This document shows, one piece after another, positions 25,286-37,899 of a stretch of DNA of 64,000 nucleotides (positions are counted from its first letter, which is position 1; each line of letters opens with the position of its first letter). The translations under genes and the position numbers were made by a program. The notes beneath the pieces are model-generated. The model saw only the letters and a program-made list of their open reading frames with translations, was not told the DNA's origin and made no database searches. Source of the stretch: Eledone cirrhosa (lineage: Eukaryota). Where the stretch lies: contig OZ024741.1 in NCBI GenBank assembly GCA_964016885.1, positions 350,734,001 through 350,798,000 on the forward strand. Reading direction: 5' to 3'.

Positions 25286-25676
25286 GGGGAGGGGAAACCA
25301 TTCATTGAAGAGACTTTTTATTCGTGTGGTTAGAAAAAGCTACTTCACTTACCGCTTTCGCTAGCACCTCTAATCCAATGGCTGGTTTCTCCTCTCCCAC
25401 GTGCGTACAATCCAACTCGTTAACCGGGAGCTCCAAAATTGACATCCACCACGTTCGCTGACCACCCTAGAGAGAGGCAAACCTGCTGGCCCTTCCGGTC
25501 GAGCACTCCCCAGCCTCCGGCCACCGCACACCACACCATACCCACACGCCCCCCCCCCCCCCCCCATCTCAAGGATCAATTTCCCCCTCGTTCTGCTGCA
25601 TATGAAAGTTTGCTGTCCAGGTTGGTGGTTTGCGACTTCTTTGCGATCTCCGCAGTGTTGGGGCGGCACTTTGGGT

Positions 25677-28340
25677 TTACTCTTCCTCGGAGTCCGTTGA
25701 CACAGTAATTTTACCGACATCCAGGACATGACGTGGTACTCTGTCCACGGACACATTGTTCTGGGAATTTACGGCCGTCACCGTGCAACGTGCATCTGGG
25801 GGCTTAACCCAGACTTCTTCGCCCACCTGCACGAATGCATTCTCTCTCTCCACTGGCCGTTGTGGTGGCGTGCACGGGTGCCGCCACTCGTATCTGAATA
25901 CTGCTCTGTGTGGCACCGATTCCTCAACCTGTCCCACCCGAGGAGACATGTTGTACCAGAACACTGCCTCCATTGGTGAGATGTGGTCCCGCTCCGCCAT
26001 TGCTTTGATCGTCCGGTGGTGTCGCTCCACGATTTTATTTCCGTTCGGCCTGTACGCTGTTCTGAAGAAACGGTCCACCTTCCATCCATTGAGCATCTCC
26101 CTCAGCGCCTCCAAGCGGAACGCTGCGCTGTTGTCCATCAGCAGTTCGTCCACATGGCCCCGCTCCAAGAACACCTCTCTCAACGTCCGCGTGATTTCCT
26201 CGGCTGTTCCAGTCTTCATCTCCCTCCATATCGCAATCCGGTTCGGTCCACAGTCGACTATTGAGAGGTATGTTCCTTGTCGGTAGTGTGTTACATCCAC
26301 CGCCAATCGTTTCCAGTCGCGATCCACCGGGAGGCTTCCCGTTTCGTGCACACCCGGGGCGAGATCAATGGACTGACATCGAACGCAGCCTCTAACCACT
26401 CTTTGAACACTGTTAACATCCGAGTCGATTCTCCTGGCTAGGAACAGAGTCCTATCCACTCCCCATGTGGTGCATGTCATGCAACCCTTTCAGATCCGAC
26501 TCGGTCAGCCGACACACGGCAGCTATCTCCTCTTCTACATCCTCCGGCGCTTCCATCCAGGCTTTCTTCACCCTGGTTAAAACGTCCGCCCTATTTTTCT
26601 CTGAGGGCACGAAAACTACGCTCAGCCTCAGGTCGAACTCGGTGGCCAGCTCTCCTAAAGTTCCCAGGCGGCGCTTTATCAGCATCTCTGCCGCCCCTCT
26701 CGTTCGCACTCTCTTCTCACTGGTGAGCACTGATCTCACCCATCCGAGTACAGTAGCCGAGTCGGTGCGAATCTCGATGGTGCTCAGTCCCCACCTCAGG
26801 TCAAGGTTCACCCCTCTCAACACCGCGTCCAGTTCGGCCACATTGATGTGGTTGCAATCGTCCTTCTTCCTAAGCCAGGCTGCATCCTCGACCTCAACAT
26901 CTCCTATCTCCAACGTGACACCGAGCGCTATGCTGCTGGCATCGCACCATACGGTCCCGCTCTGAGATTTGGGAACATACCACCGTCCCCGCACTGGGTT
27001 GTCGGCCTTCACCCTCTCCACAATCTCCTGCATCATGGCCACCGTCCTCTCTCCCACTCTGTCACTCCAAGTCACATAGCTGCATGCCGTCCGGAGCCAC
27101 CCAGTAATCGGGTAGTGACCCATCAACTTTCCACACGCCGAGAAAAGCTCCCGCCTACTCATACTTGGGCCCAGTTCTGGAACTTCATTTCCCCCTCTGG
27201 AATACTAACACGCCCGTCCTGTCTCGCCGTAGCCTAAGTCCCAGTGCAGCTCCTCCCTCCAACGTTTCTGACGGCTTCGCAGCCAGTCCATACCCCTGTA
27301 AATGGCTCGTGACCTCCGCCGCCGACACTACAAACTCGTCCACTAGGATGTCGTCAATGTCGGAATTAGTGGCCCTCTTCATCTTGTCGGCCTTTCCCAG
27401 AATGGTCTTGAGGACCGCCGCCATGATCTTCGGTGCAGAGCTCAGCCCGAAACCGAGCCTGGTCAGGCAATATGTCCGGCCCTTATACCTGACCAGCTGA
27501 TACTGCCAGAGCTTCTCATCTATGTGTAATTGTAAGTGTGCCGACTTTAGATCGACGATTGCGGAAGCCCCCGTCATGCGTCTCCACTCACACAGGGTTT
27601 CCCCACAGACATCCGTGACCTCGCCACCCGTGTGGCATGACACGTGCTCGTTCAGCTCCCGAAAGTCCAGTACCGGCCTCACCTTGTTCTTCGTGGGTTG
27701 CGTCACCGCCATTAACGGCAATACTCCGCACTTCACCTCCTCTTTCCAGGGAAGCAGTATGCCCTCCTCAATCCATCTCTCTACCTCTCGCTCGAACTCG
27801 CTCCTAATGTCTCTCTTCAATGTGTGTTGATAGCAGCCCACTTTGGTCTTCAGTGTTGGTGGTTCTCCCTTCCAATACCACTCAACAACACATCGTTGCC
27901 CATCGAACACGGCCTTGAAGTCTTTGTCCTGTACAGTGTAAGCGGGATATTTCTCCTTGTGGGCCTTCTGGTTCTCCTGTCGCGTACTCACAGCGCATAC
28001 CGATGCGGCGTCGCCAAACGACACACCGACGTTGTTCACTGTGACGCCTCCTAGATGGTCAATTACGTCCATGCCCATAACTACGCCGATCCCATCCACC
28101 ACGTTGTCGACTACGATCGCAGAAAGCCTTATTTTCTTTCCCCGTACCGCTATCTCCACCTCGCTGCGACCTCGGCGTTCAATTTTCCTACCGTCGACTG
28201 CCCTTACGCTGCTCTTCCCTCTCCACCTCTGCGCCGCCCCCGCGGTCACCAGTGTCGTCATACAGCCCGTGTCCACGAGGGCTCGCTGTGGCCTTCCCCT
28301 CACGAAAACTTCCACCACGGGCAGCGCCTCTAGTCGTAAG
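25677..28340 (-). pseudogene. pol: Gypsy pol (PR, RT, RNase H, integrase), frameshifted
   Basis: ORFs 27185-28318, 26452-27162 and 25677-26480. The RT motif reads DIDD instead of YIDD. The integrase has LAVDVTH, LLMDN and VERHHRTIK. Confidence 0.88.
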
Positions 28341-29098
28341 GGGCAGCTACCGGCGCAGTAGTTCCCCTTGGATCGTTTCCCTGGTCGCAGCTAGTAGCGA
28401 TGTGGCCTGGTCGCTTACACCGGTAGCATATTTTGTCCGGCCTTGACTCTCTACAGTCTCTCGCCATGTGCGTGCGGGCCCTGGCACCTAAAACAGCGAC
28501 CTCTAAACGTTCGCGGGCGACCGCGTGCCGTGGTTGCCTCCCTTTCACCAGTTCGCTGCCGGCTGCCTTGGGCCTCTGTCATTGCTATCGCCGCGACACT
28601 CTTCTTGGCATCTTCTGCTGTGATGCGGGTTTGCTCCACCAGTACACGCATCTCCATTTCCTTGTAACCCAGGACTTGCTGCAGTTTCACCGCTATGTCG
28701 TCTGTAAATCCATTTATGAACGCCAACCGCACCGTGCGTTCGAATTCCACCTGATATCCAGCCAACATGGCCAATCGCCGTATTTCCGCTGCGAAAATGT
28801 CAACGCGTTCACCGTTCCATCTAATCCTTGCCAGCTTAGCAAAAGCGGCTAACGGTCCTTCCGCGAACGCTTCCATCATACGCCTCTCAATCTTTTGCGC
28901 ATCCCTTAGGCTATGTTCATCCATCTCTAGGAAGAGTGCCAACGCATCCCCTTCGAGGTACACTGCCATGAGGCCAGCCACATCTTCTATCTTCTGTAGG
29001 CTTACGACCAGCCGGACTTTTCGCACCCAAGCGACAACATCGCCTTCACCGGTAAATGCTCTAATCGCTTCTCCGCTCATTCGTAATCTCGTCGCCAT
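28330..29098 (-). pseudogene. gag: Gypsy gag with two zinc knuckles (frameshifted)
   Basis: CFRCQGPH-(frameshift)-MARDC and CYRCKRPGHIATSC, followed by GGGAAAC near the end. Confidence 0.85.
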
Positions 29099-30409
29099 AT
29101 CCTAATTTTGTCCTGCGGTAAGTAATAAAAAACAACAGACTCTTCTCTGTTTTTCCAGTAGCTTTGTTTTCGAGAAAGTTTTTTTCTTTTTTTTTTATCA
29201 ATCAGATCTCAGTTTCCAGTGCTGAAATAGCTTGTGGTTAGAAAAAGCTACTTCACTTACCACTTTCGCTGGCACCGCTAATCACCGCATCTCCCACGTG
29301 CGTACAATCCAACTCGTTAACCGGGAGCTCCAAAACTGACGTCCACCACGTTCGCTGACCACCCTAGAGAGAGGCAGACCTGCTGGCCCTTCCGGTCGAG
29401 CATCCTTCCGGTCAAGCACCCTTCCGGTCAAGCACTCTTCCGGTCGAGCACTCCCCAGCCTCCGGCCACCGCACACCACATCATACCCACAATTCGAAAT
29501 CGTAACAATATCAGTCTAAATATTGAATTTCTTTTACAAGGATTTGCTACAAACATTATGACTGGATATGACATCAATATGAACAATACTGAATCGAAGA
29601 AAACAACAATGAGAAAAGTAAAAAGAATTTTTTAGTTGTAGTTACAGGAGGAACCGAAACTATAAATCGCATATTCCTTTGGGTTTACAAACTCAATAAC
29701 GACTTATTTAATTGTTATAAAAATGGCAAAAAAGATCCCTCTATTGGCTATATGAGTAGAATGAAGCTACACAGGAACGAACTTCACTCAGCTAAATTAT
29801 TTCTCAGCCAAATAATTACACCAGTAAGCAACTTTTGTCGAACGTAAAAATAACATAAACACTATTCAAGACTATAATGAAGTGTGAAACCCTTACAAAT
29901 AACAACACTACGTGAGCAGCCTCGTAGATCGTACATACAATCAACAGGTGTCACAACAGGCCGCCATATTACCTAGTTTTTGTTTTGTAGTCAATGCGAC
30001 CATCAACAACAAACAACAAGTGAGGCTGGAGGCCTTGCCGGAAGTATAGGGCCAGTGACGTCATTGGGTCGGAGTGCCTTGCCGGAAGTAGACAGTCACT
30101 GTGACGTAGACAGGAGACAGGAAGTAGCAGCAAAATCGTGGAATTTCTCGTTCTCTTGGTCAAGGATTGGTGGAGAAAGAGGTTGTGGTTTTTGCTCCGT
30201 GCGTAGGGGACATGTGGTAATATTTTCTGACCATAGGGTAGAGTTGGGCTGGGTGCTTATGGATCATCGAATATACCTCATTCCAGAGAAGATCAACCAG
30301 TGTGACGTCCCGTGAGGTAGGTGAGCTACACCACCACTACCCTTTGTACCTCAAACTATTTCGGCATGGTGCATTTTTTTTCCCTTTTCTTTCAATCCTG
30401 GCTGCAGAC

Positions 30410-31060
30410 AATATGTCAACAAAGTTAAAAATTGGTAGCAATGCCATCAGACCCTTCTGTGGGGAGGTGATGGTATCGCATGGATTCAAAAGATTAAGGT
30501 GGTAGTCCAGTTGCATGGCATTGGAGATGTGACAGGCTTTATGGCACTTTACTTGGAGGGAAATGCTGGAGATGGACAAAGCTAACCAACTGGACGTGGA
30601 GAAGTTTGAACAACGCCTAAAGGAAATGTTCACGAAAGGGTCTTATGCTGCATTTGTCAAACTAGGAACGGTGAGAGGGGGTGGGGGTGGAAAGAGCTGC
30701 ATTAGGACTCAAACTTCGAAGAGACATGGCACTGAAGCTGAGTACGATCTTTGTGCCCTTGGAAAAAATAAGGTGAACGTTCTAACCAGAGTGAAGAAAG
30801 CCTGGCTGGAAGTGCCGGAGGACTCAGAATGGGGGTGGGGGGTAGTTGCAAGGTGTCAGCTGAATGACTCGGAGCTAAAGAGACTGCATACCATGCATCA
30901 CATGGGAGTGGATAATACTCTTTTCCTAACCAGGAAAGTTGACTCTAATGTTACCAGATAGGGCATGCAGAAAGTGGTCGGGAGATGTGACAAGTGTCTG
31001 TCAATTGACCCCACTCTGAGTGTACACAAGACAGGAAATATCCCCGTGGAACACAGCTGA
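30410..31060 (+). mobile_element. Older, internally deleted relative of the 25325-29491 Gypsy (gag start fused to the RH/IN junction)
   Basis: AIRPFCGEV (compare AIRAFTGEG) and NVLTRVKKAWLEVPED..LHTMHHMGVDNTLFL. A possible LTR lies upstream at ~29900-30320. Confidence 0.75.
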
Positions 31061-32300
31061 AAACAAGAGCTGTCAGCAAGAAACTCCAAGAGTGGCTGAA
31101 AATAAAAGATTCAGCCGAAACTAAATATCAGTCTATAGATATGAGGGACAAATCAATAAATGACACTGAGACCCCATCTCAGAAAGACAGATTCTTTCAA
31201 GAGAAAATTATGGGACAAGGAAAAAAAATTCAACTAAGATGCAGTGTGGTTGAAAAAGATCCCTGCATTACACCAAAAATATACAGTATCAATGGTGATA
31301 CCCTTGAGTGTCATATCCCTCTGACAACATCTACGAACCACCAAGTGTAGAAGCCTATCTATAGAACAAATCTGTCTCCATAAAGCAGATAGCATCATGA
31401 GATTTGGGAATGAGCTCATTGACAAATATTTCCTGTATGATAACCAAAAACTCCCACGCGGAGAAATTGTACAGCAATACCACAATGAATCCATGGATGA
31501 AAAGCTGCGAGCTGATCATCGAAAAAAAAAAAAAAAATCATGCATAGCTATGTTGCCAGAAAGCTTCAAATTGAGAGCAATATAGATAAACAAATTAGTC
31601 TATCTTGGTCCAACAACCAGTATTGGCTCTTATTTTGAAGGACAGGCTTTTGTAATACAAGAACATGAAATAACAATGAAATACTTGATGCACAAAAGAA
31701 AAAGGGATGCAAGTAAAACATAGATGTGACAACAGATGCAGACTCTGCTGAATAAACAACGAAGATGTCACCCATATCATAAGCATCATAAGCAACTGTC
31801 CAAAGGTGTCATCACGACACTATCCACTTATGAGGCATGATCTAGTGGTCTAAACACTATACAATGCAATCTGTAGAAAGGATAGTCCTGAGAATAAACA
31901 TAAAAAAGTTACAGTGATGTGGAGGTCATATGCATACATAATATGAAAGAGTACTGGTGGAATGTTCCTGTCAAAACCACAATAAAATGCAAACACAACA
32001 AACCAGACATAATGATATGGAACAGAGAGAAGAAAGCATGCACAGTAGTGAAAATCAGCTCCCCAGCAAATGTCAATATAATGCTAATGATTAGCAAAAA
32101 TGAGAACATTTATGCTGAATTAATGAGGAATCTGCAGATAATCCACCCTAATTATACCTTTAGATTTGTACCTGTGATCATTGGTAATATGTTATAAACT
32201 GTCTCAGTACAAATCTTGAGAAGCTGGGCTTCATAGAACCAGAAGGGGCATGGCTAGTTAGGAAGTTGCGAGTACAGTCCATTAAAATATGTAAAATATG
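31060..32300 (+). pseudogene. R4/Dong-like RLE non-LTR retrotransposon 3' remnant
   Basis: CRLC..EDVTHI...C..RHD zinc knuckle and YWWNVPVKT..KHNKPDIMIWNRE..C.VV.IS.P, an RLE motif. Confidence 0.75.
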
Positions 32301-32724
32301 TAAAACAAAAATATGTAAAAATATGTAAAAGAAAAAAAAAATTCACCATGTAATAACTGTATATGCACATTGCACCGATACCAAAACATATGCACGAGTA
32401 CACATATAACTCGAAACATACAGATCTACACATGCAATAGTATTCATACCTGCGAACACACACATAAACACTTACAAATATACATAAATATTTTCCTAGT
32501 TGAAGACTAAATTCCAATGAAAGAGTCTTGCTTCTATGTTAGAAACTGACTCTCTACTGGTGAAAAAAGAATAATAAAGCAAAAAAACCAAAAAAAAAAC
32601 CATACACACATAAATATATACATACATGATTATGATGATGGCTGCAACTCGATTTCAAGTAATGCCATTGTTTGATTCTTAAGCATGAGCATCACGGACA
32701 TGGTGTCAGAGGTGCAACAACTTA

Positions 32725-32885
32725 GGAGGAATATGGTTATAGTCTGGCTGGACTACAGGAAAGCATTTGATTCTGTTCCCCCACTCTTGGATGATAGAGG
32801 CCTTCCAACTTGCTAAACTCCCAGACATTATTATCAGAGCCATAGAGAATCTATCTTCTTCTTGGGCTACTATCCTAAAGTTAAA
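32725..32885 (+). pseudogene. RT fragment (R4/Dong-like)
   Basis: WLDYRKAFDSVPHSW (frameshifted) ..I.AI..L..SW.T.L. Confidence 0.6.
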
Positions 32886-32899
32886 ACCAGATAAAATAG

Positions 32900-33430
32900 A
32901 ATATCACTTCAAAGATAGGCCCATCTTGAAAATTAAGAATAACTTCTCATGCAACTCGGAAAACTTAATTGATGTCATAACCTGCCAAGGTTGCCATGAA
33001 CATTATGTAGGAAAGGCAGGGCTGACAATCCATAGGTAGCAAATCAGAACCCTGTATACTGTAAAGATCCCTCTAGGCCAAAATATAGAAGAATGCAGAG
33101 CCTACCAAACTTTCATATTTTCCCATTGTACCAATGTAATTATGAAATCACAGAACAAGTTGAATTAATTATACACAAGCAACAACAAAAAATCAGAAAC
33201 CCAAACCATGCAATCGAAAATCGGCATGCAGAGATTTTAACAAAAAAACAATTTAACCTAATATGAAATGTTTTGAAGATCCAGAACGGAAAAAACAACC
33301 TTTGCTAACATCAATTTTTTATATATATACCAGGTGCGTTTTTTTAACCCTTTTTTTTATTATCTTTTTCCTTATATAACGTGATCTGTATAGAACGTTT
33401 TCTAACATCTACACTTTTTTCACTATTTAT
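32900..33430 (+). mobile_element. Degenerate PLE GIY-YIG 3' fragment ending in (TA)n
   Basis: IKNNFSCNSENLIDVITCQGCHEHYVGKAG resembles the FxCxSxNLIYxIxCxxC..YVGxT motif. Confidence 0.65.
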
Positions 33431-33443
33431 TTTATACTATATA

Positions 33444-33514
<71 letters not shown>

Positions 33515-33637
33515 ATATATATATATATATATATGTGTATATATATATATATATATACATATATAACATATATATATATATATATATTTAGTATAAATAT
33601 TGTATTAGGAAACACCAGGCAAGAAGTGAGGAGAGAT

Positions 33638-33866
33638 TTAACCCTTTAGCTTTTAAACCAGCCATATCCAGCCAGAAGTCTTTCACCTCTTTCTGTTCAA
33701 ACCGGCTGTAACCAGCCACTCATATTGACGTTAAGGTATTGTTCTCAAAATAAATAATATCAAAATCTCATAGATTCAATGTTATGTGAGATAATTATGA
33801 GAGGTAAATCCTTTACTCTGAAAATATAATAGTAAATATAGAGTAATGTAAATGCTAAAGGGTTAA
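33638..33866. mobile_element. piggyBac-like MITE, copy 2
   Basis: ttaa-ccctttagc..gctaaaggg-ttaa. Confidence 0.85.
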
Positions 33867-33885
33867 AGAAAGATTTATTAGATTA

Positions 33886-34788
33886 CTAGCAGTGGTACCC
33901 GGCGTTGCACGGGATAAGGTATTTTGGAATGCGGGCCGCCAATAGATCTAATCGTGGAGAAACTGCATGCCTGGACAATATGTAAAGAAAATAAACCGAA
34001 TACTCTGATGGCTGGATAATCTTTAAGATTTTCCTCGATGAAGCAGGAAAAATGCAGGTTTTCACCTAATGCGGGCCCTAGGGGATCAAGAAAATGATTT
34101 TTTTATGTGCATAATATGCCTTGAAATTTCGGGAAAAATCGGCTAGTCGTAACGCCTCCAAAAAGCGCTAAGAAGCTGAACAAATGAAGTTTTTCACCTA
34201 ATGCGGGCCCTAGGTCATAAGAAAGTTGGATTTTCTTTGCTTACGGTATGAAGAAGAGACTGACTAATACATAGTTACAATTTCAAGAAAATCGGTCTGC
34301 TGTAACGCCTCAAAAGACCCCTAAAAATGTAAAAAAAACGCAGTTTATCACCTAATGCGGGCCCTAGGAGATAAAAAAGTTTAATTTTTTTATGTGCATA
34401 ACACTCCCTGAAATATAAGTAATACACATGTACAGTTTGAAAAAAATCAGTTGGGTACTTCTCGAATTTTAGGGATTCAAACTCACAGACATTCTCAGGG
34501 AAATGACGTAATGCAGACAGTCAGACAGATATTATAAGGGCGCGATGTTATAAGTATGTATCTATCTAAAAAGAGAAAGACTAAGAATTATAGAGCGAGA
34601 TTGCTAAATCGCCTAATGCGGTCCCTAGGGCATTGAAAATTTGAAATTAATTTTGCTCAGAACACTCCCTGAAACATAAGTATTACATGTGTAAAGTTTG
34701 AAAACAGTCGGTTGGGTAGTTCTCGAGTTTTAGGGATTCGAACTCACACACACACAGACAGACATCCTCAGTTTTATATATATATTGA
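33886..34788 (-). mobile_element. Non-autonomous Helitron, copy 2
   Basis: Minus strand reads A|TC..cccgtgcaacgccggg-taccactg-CTAG|T: canonical termini, subterminal hairpin, AT target and no TSD. Confidence 0.88.
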
Positions 34789-35779
34789 TATTATCTAACT
34801 CGTGTTTCATTATCAACGCGAAAGAAATAATTGCAACCTATGTGCTCCAGAAATGTTGGAAATTATGACCAGGAAAAATTTATTGAGCTCTAGACATGAT
34901 AGAATCTTTAATTGTAAACATAAATACCTAAAGATTTTCTTTAGATATTGTCCAAGCTAACCTATGATTTGATCTCATAACTCTACATCCATTCTCATAC
35001 ACACTGCATCTCTTTTGACTGATGGAATTTTATAAAAAAAAAAAAGAAGACTGGTGTTAAACGTATTGTTCATGAATAATCTTTTCATCTCTCAAATTCA
35101 CCCTTTTCCTCTAGTTAATGTCTTAGCCCATAAATCATATAAGCAGCCTAGGTATAGATTCCATGTCTAGCTTCTTTTCATGACAAGAGCCACTCCCATT
35201 TCTTAAAATTGTATTCTTTGAAAAAATCCTTTCAACCAATGACATTTCTTACTCTAGCAATACCATGAATGCTAGAAGCCTATTGGCTATTATCCACTTT
35301 GCTTTCTCCTCCTTCTCTTTCTACACAAAATATATTTAAAATATATATGATTTTATCTATTTCTGAGGATTTGCTAAATGCAGACATAATGTGAGTGAGT
35401 GAATATGAAAAAATAATCCGATCCAGCTCTCATATATGATTATGTAACAGTAATTAAACACGTGTTAGATAATAGAATCTAATAAATCTTTCATCAAATA
35501 TCTCCTCATTTATTGCCTGGTTTTTCCTAAAATAATATTTATACTAAATTACTCTGTGAATTCTTGGAACCCTGTACCATACTCGAGGATTAAATATCTG
35601 GATAATTATATTAAATAACCATTAACCACATCGAGAACAATATAGTAGGCTGTTTTTCCCCTTTTTATTTATATATTCAATCCACACAAGTACAAATTAC
35701 CCAAAATAAAGGGAAAACTTCCTTTTCTTCTCATATTTCACTCCTGGTAGGTTGAGCTACCCTAACAGTTTATCAACAC

Positions 35780-36620
35780 ACTATGGAAAAACACCACCTA
35801 GGTATATCTGTAAAAAACATTCCATTTTCTCATAAGAAGGAATACCCTAAAAACCTAATGATTTCATCCGCCACATTAGATGGAAAGCATTCCACTTTGA
35901 AAAAGAAAAGAACTAATCTAAACAACAACCAGGATTCTGAAAGGTATAACAACTTTGGATTTACCATATTTCCCGGCGTCGAAGATGCTACATTTTTCAT
36001 AAAATAAGTGTCCATGCGTCCTGGAGGCCGAAGGGTGTTTATTATTTTTTTTCAAATTTTTAGTTGTCGAAGTTAGAGTGTGTCCTCGAGAACGAAGCGC
36101 CTTCGGCACCAGGAAATATGGTAATTCTTACAGAAATCCACTGCATAATCCACTTCTAGAAGCCTTCGAAACTGATCTAATGGATATGGTCGGCAACATT
36201 AGATTAAACAATCAGCGACTCTGTGGTAAATTCCAGCAATATCTCCATTCAATTATGTACAAATTTAGAAAAACGGAAGGAATACTCATCCAAGTTGATA
36301 AATCTAGCAATATCTTACTTCCTAGCTTTATACTTAAGGAATTACAAAAGGACTGAATAATCCACCATTAGTGATAACAACAACAAGGGTCTAGCGATAG
36401 TAAATAGATTAAGTCTAGCTGACCGAATTGAGCCATTCAAACCTAGACAACCAACTTTTAATTTAAAAGATCACAAGAGTAACTTCGAATCCAACCCCCC
36501 TATAAGACTCATATGCCCCTTCAAATTGGATATAGGTCGTATTAGTAAAGGTATACTAGATAGAATAATAATTCAAATAAGAAATAGATTATTAATTAAA
36601 CTCTGGGGCAAACTCACCAG
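35780..36620 (+). pseudogene. Penelope-like N-terminal/RT-proximal remnant interrupted by a MITE
   Basis: SVKNIP, RWKAFHF, YNNFGF|NSYRNP, AFETDL, DKSSNI and LKDHKSNFESNPPIRLICPFKLDIGRISKGILDRI. Confidence 0.8.
35964..36121. mobile_element. Tc1/mariner-pogo-type MITE with TA TSD
   Basis: ta-ccatatttcccggcgtcgaag..cttcggcaccaggaaatatgg-ta. Excision restores the G-F-N-S-Y-R-N-P frame of the PLE. Confidence 0.85.
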
Positions 36621-36989
36621 ACAAAGGGCTGGGAAGACCCGCCAGTCATGTTAAGGGCATGACAACCTCCCTAGTGTTGGTAATTTACACGATAAGTGCA
36701 CCCAGTAAAATCTGTAGAGTAGTTGGTGATAGGTAGGGCATCCTACCATAAAAATCTTGCAAAACAAAGGGTTGGGAAAACCCTCAGTTGTGTCAAAGAT
36801 ATGACAACCTCTCCTGAGCACTCGGTGGAACATGAGACCATACATAAGCAAGACACAGACCCCTGACTTTGTTGGGAGATCAGAGGCTCTGCTTCAGTAG
36901 AGACTTGGCTTATATAGACTCATCCAACCCTTGCTAGCAGGGAAAGCGGGTATTAAAACAACAATGATGATGATGATATATATATATAT

Positions 36990-37790
36990 ATTTTTTCCTC
37001 AAAATGACATGCAGACTGTATGATGCATGTATATGAACAACAATGTGGCACAGCAGCGAGATCTGGGGACTGTATGCTAAGGACCTGTGAAGATTGGAAA
37101 GAAATGATGTCTCCTTGCTTCACTGGATGTACAATAGGAATATACTGCATGAGAAATTAGGTATAAAAGGGATCAGTTGTTGCATGCAGGAGAGGAGATT
37201 GTGTTAGTATGGACATGTGATGCGTATGAAGGATGACAGCCGTATAATAAGGTGCAGAACGCTCATAGTCAATGGTAGCTGTGGTGTGAGCATGTCTAGG
37301 AAGACATGGGATGAGGTAATAAAAGCTGACCTTGCACAATTACACCTCTCAAAGACAATGACACAGGACCGCAACCTGTGGCGCTATGCAGTTTTACAGA
37401 AGACCTGCTTTATATTATTCTCAGGCTGAGGCTTATACCTAGTAGGCAACATCTTCCTCAACCTTATATCCCCTCTCATTCACCTCCCTCAGCGGTAACC
37501 ATACCTCCCCTACTACCTTGTCCACAATTTTCCCAAGCTTCCTCCCCGTTCCCCAGTCCAAAGACAAAAGTGCCCAGTCCACACTGTAAAGTAGTCATGT
37601 AGGTGTCATGACAAAAAGCGCCCAGTCAATACTGTAAATGTCGTTGACAGTAGGAAGGGTACCCAGCTGTAGAAACCAAGCCCAAATCTTCCCCTGGTGA
37701 GCTAAACATGGTCCTCTGACCCGTTTTTTCCCCCTAAGGGTCAATCCAATGATGGACGCTATCGACAAGGTTGATGATATATTTATGTGT
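36990..37790 (+). mobile_element. RTE LINE 3' fragment and 3' UTR
   Basis: GHVMRMKDDSRIIRCR..RKTWDEVIKADL..MTQDRNLWR, followed by the family 3' UTR motifs. Confidence 0.75.
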
Positions 37791-37899
37791 ATATATATAT
37801 GAAGTGTGTATGTATATTACATATATATGGTAGATGTATATGCACGCAAATATATACATATGTGTATACCATTATCATGACATATGCATGTATATATAT

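Larger units (their letters stand above)
25325..29491 (-). mobile_element. Compact (~4.2 kb) Gypsy LTR retrotransposon with TG..CA LTRs and ATTCG TSD
   Basis: LTRs at 25325-25546 and 29233-29491, attcg on both sides and a poly-G PPT at ~25547-25570. Domain order is gag (CCHC), PR (ALVDTGC), RT, RH (WCDAS) and IN (H..H..C..C, D..D..E). Confidence 0.95.

Noticed and set aside
33270-33300. Degenerate HHR after the GIY-YIG fragment (ttgaagatccagaacggaaaaaac)
   Set aside because: The position is plausible but the motif is too decayed to support.
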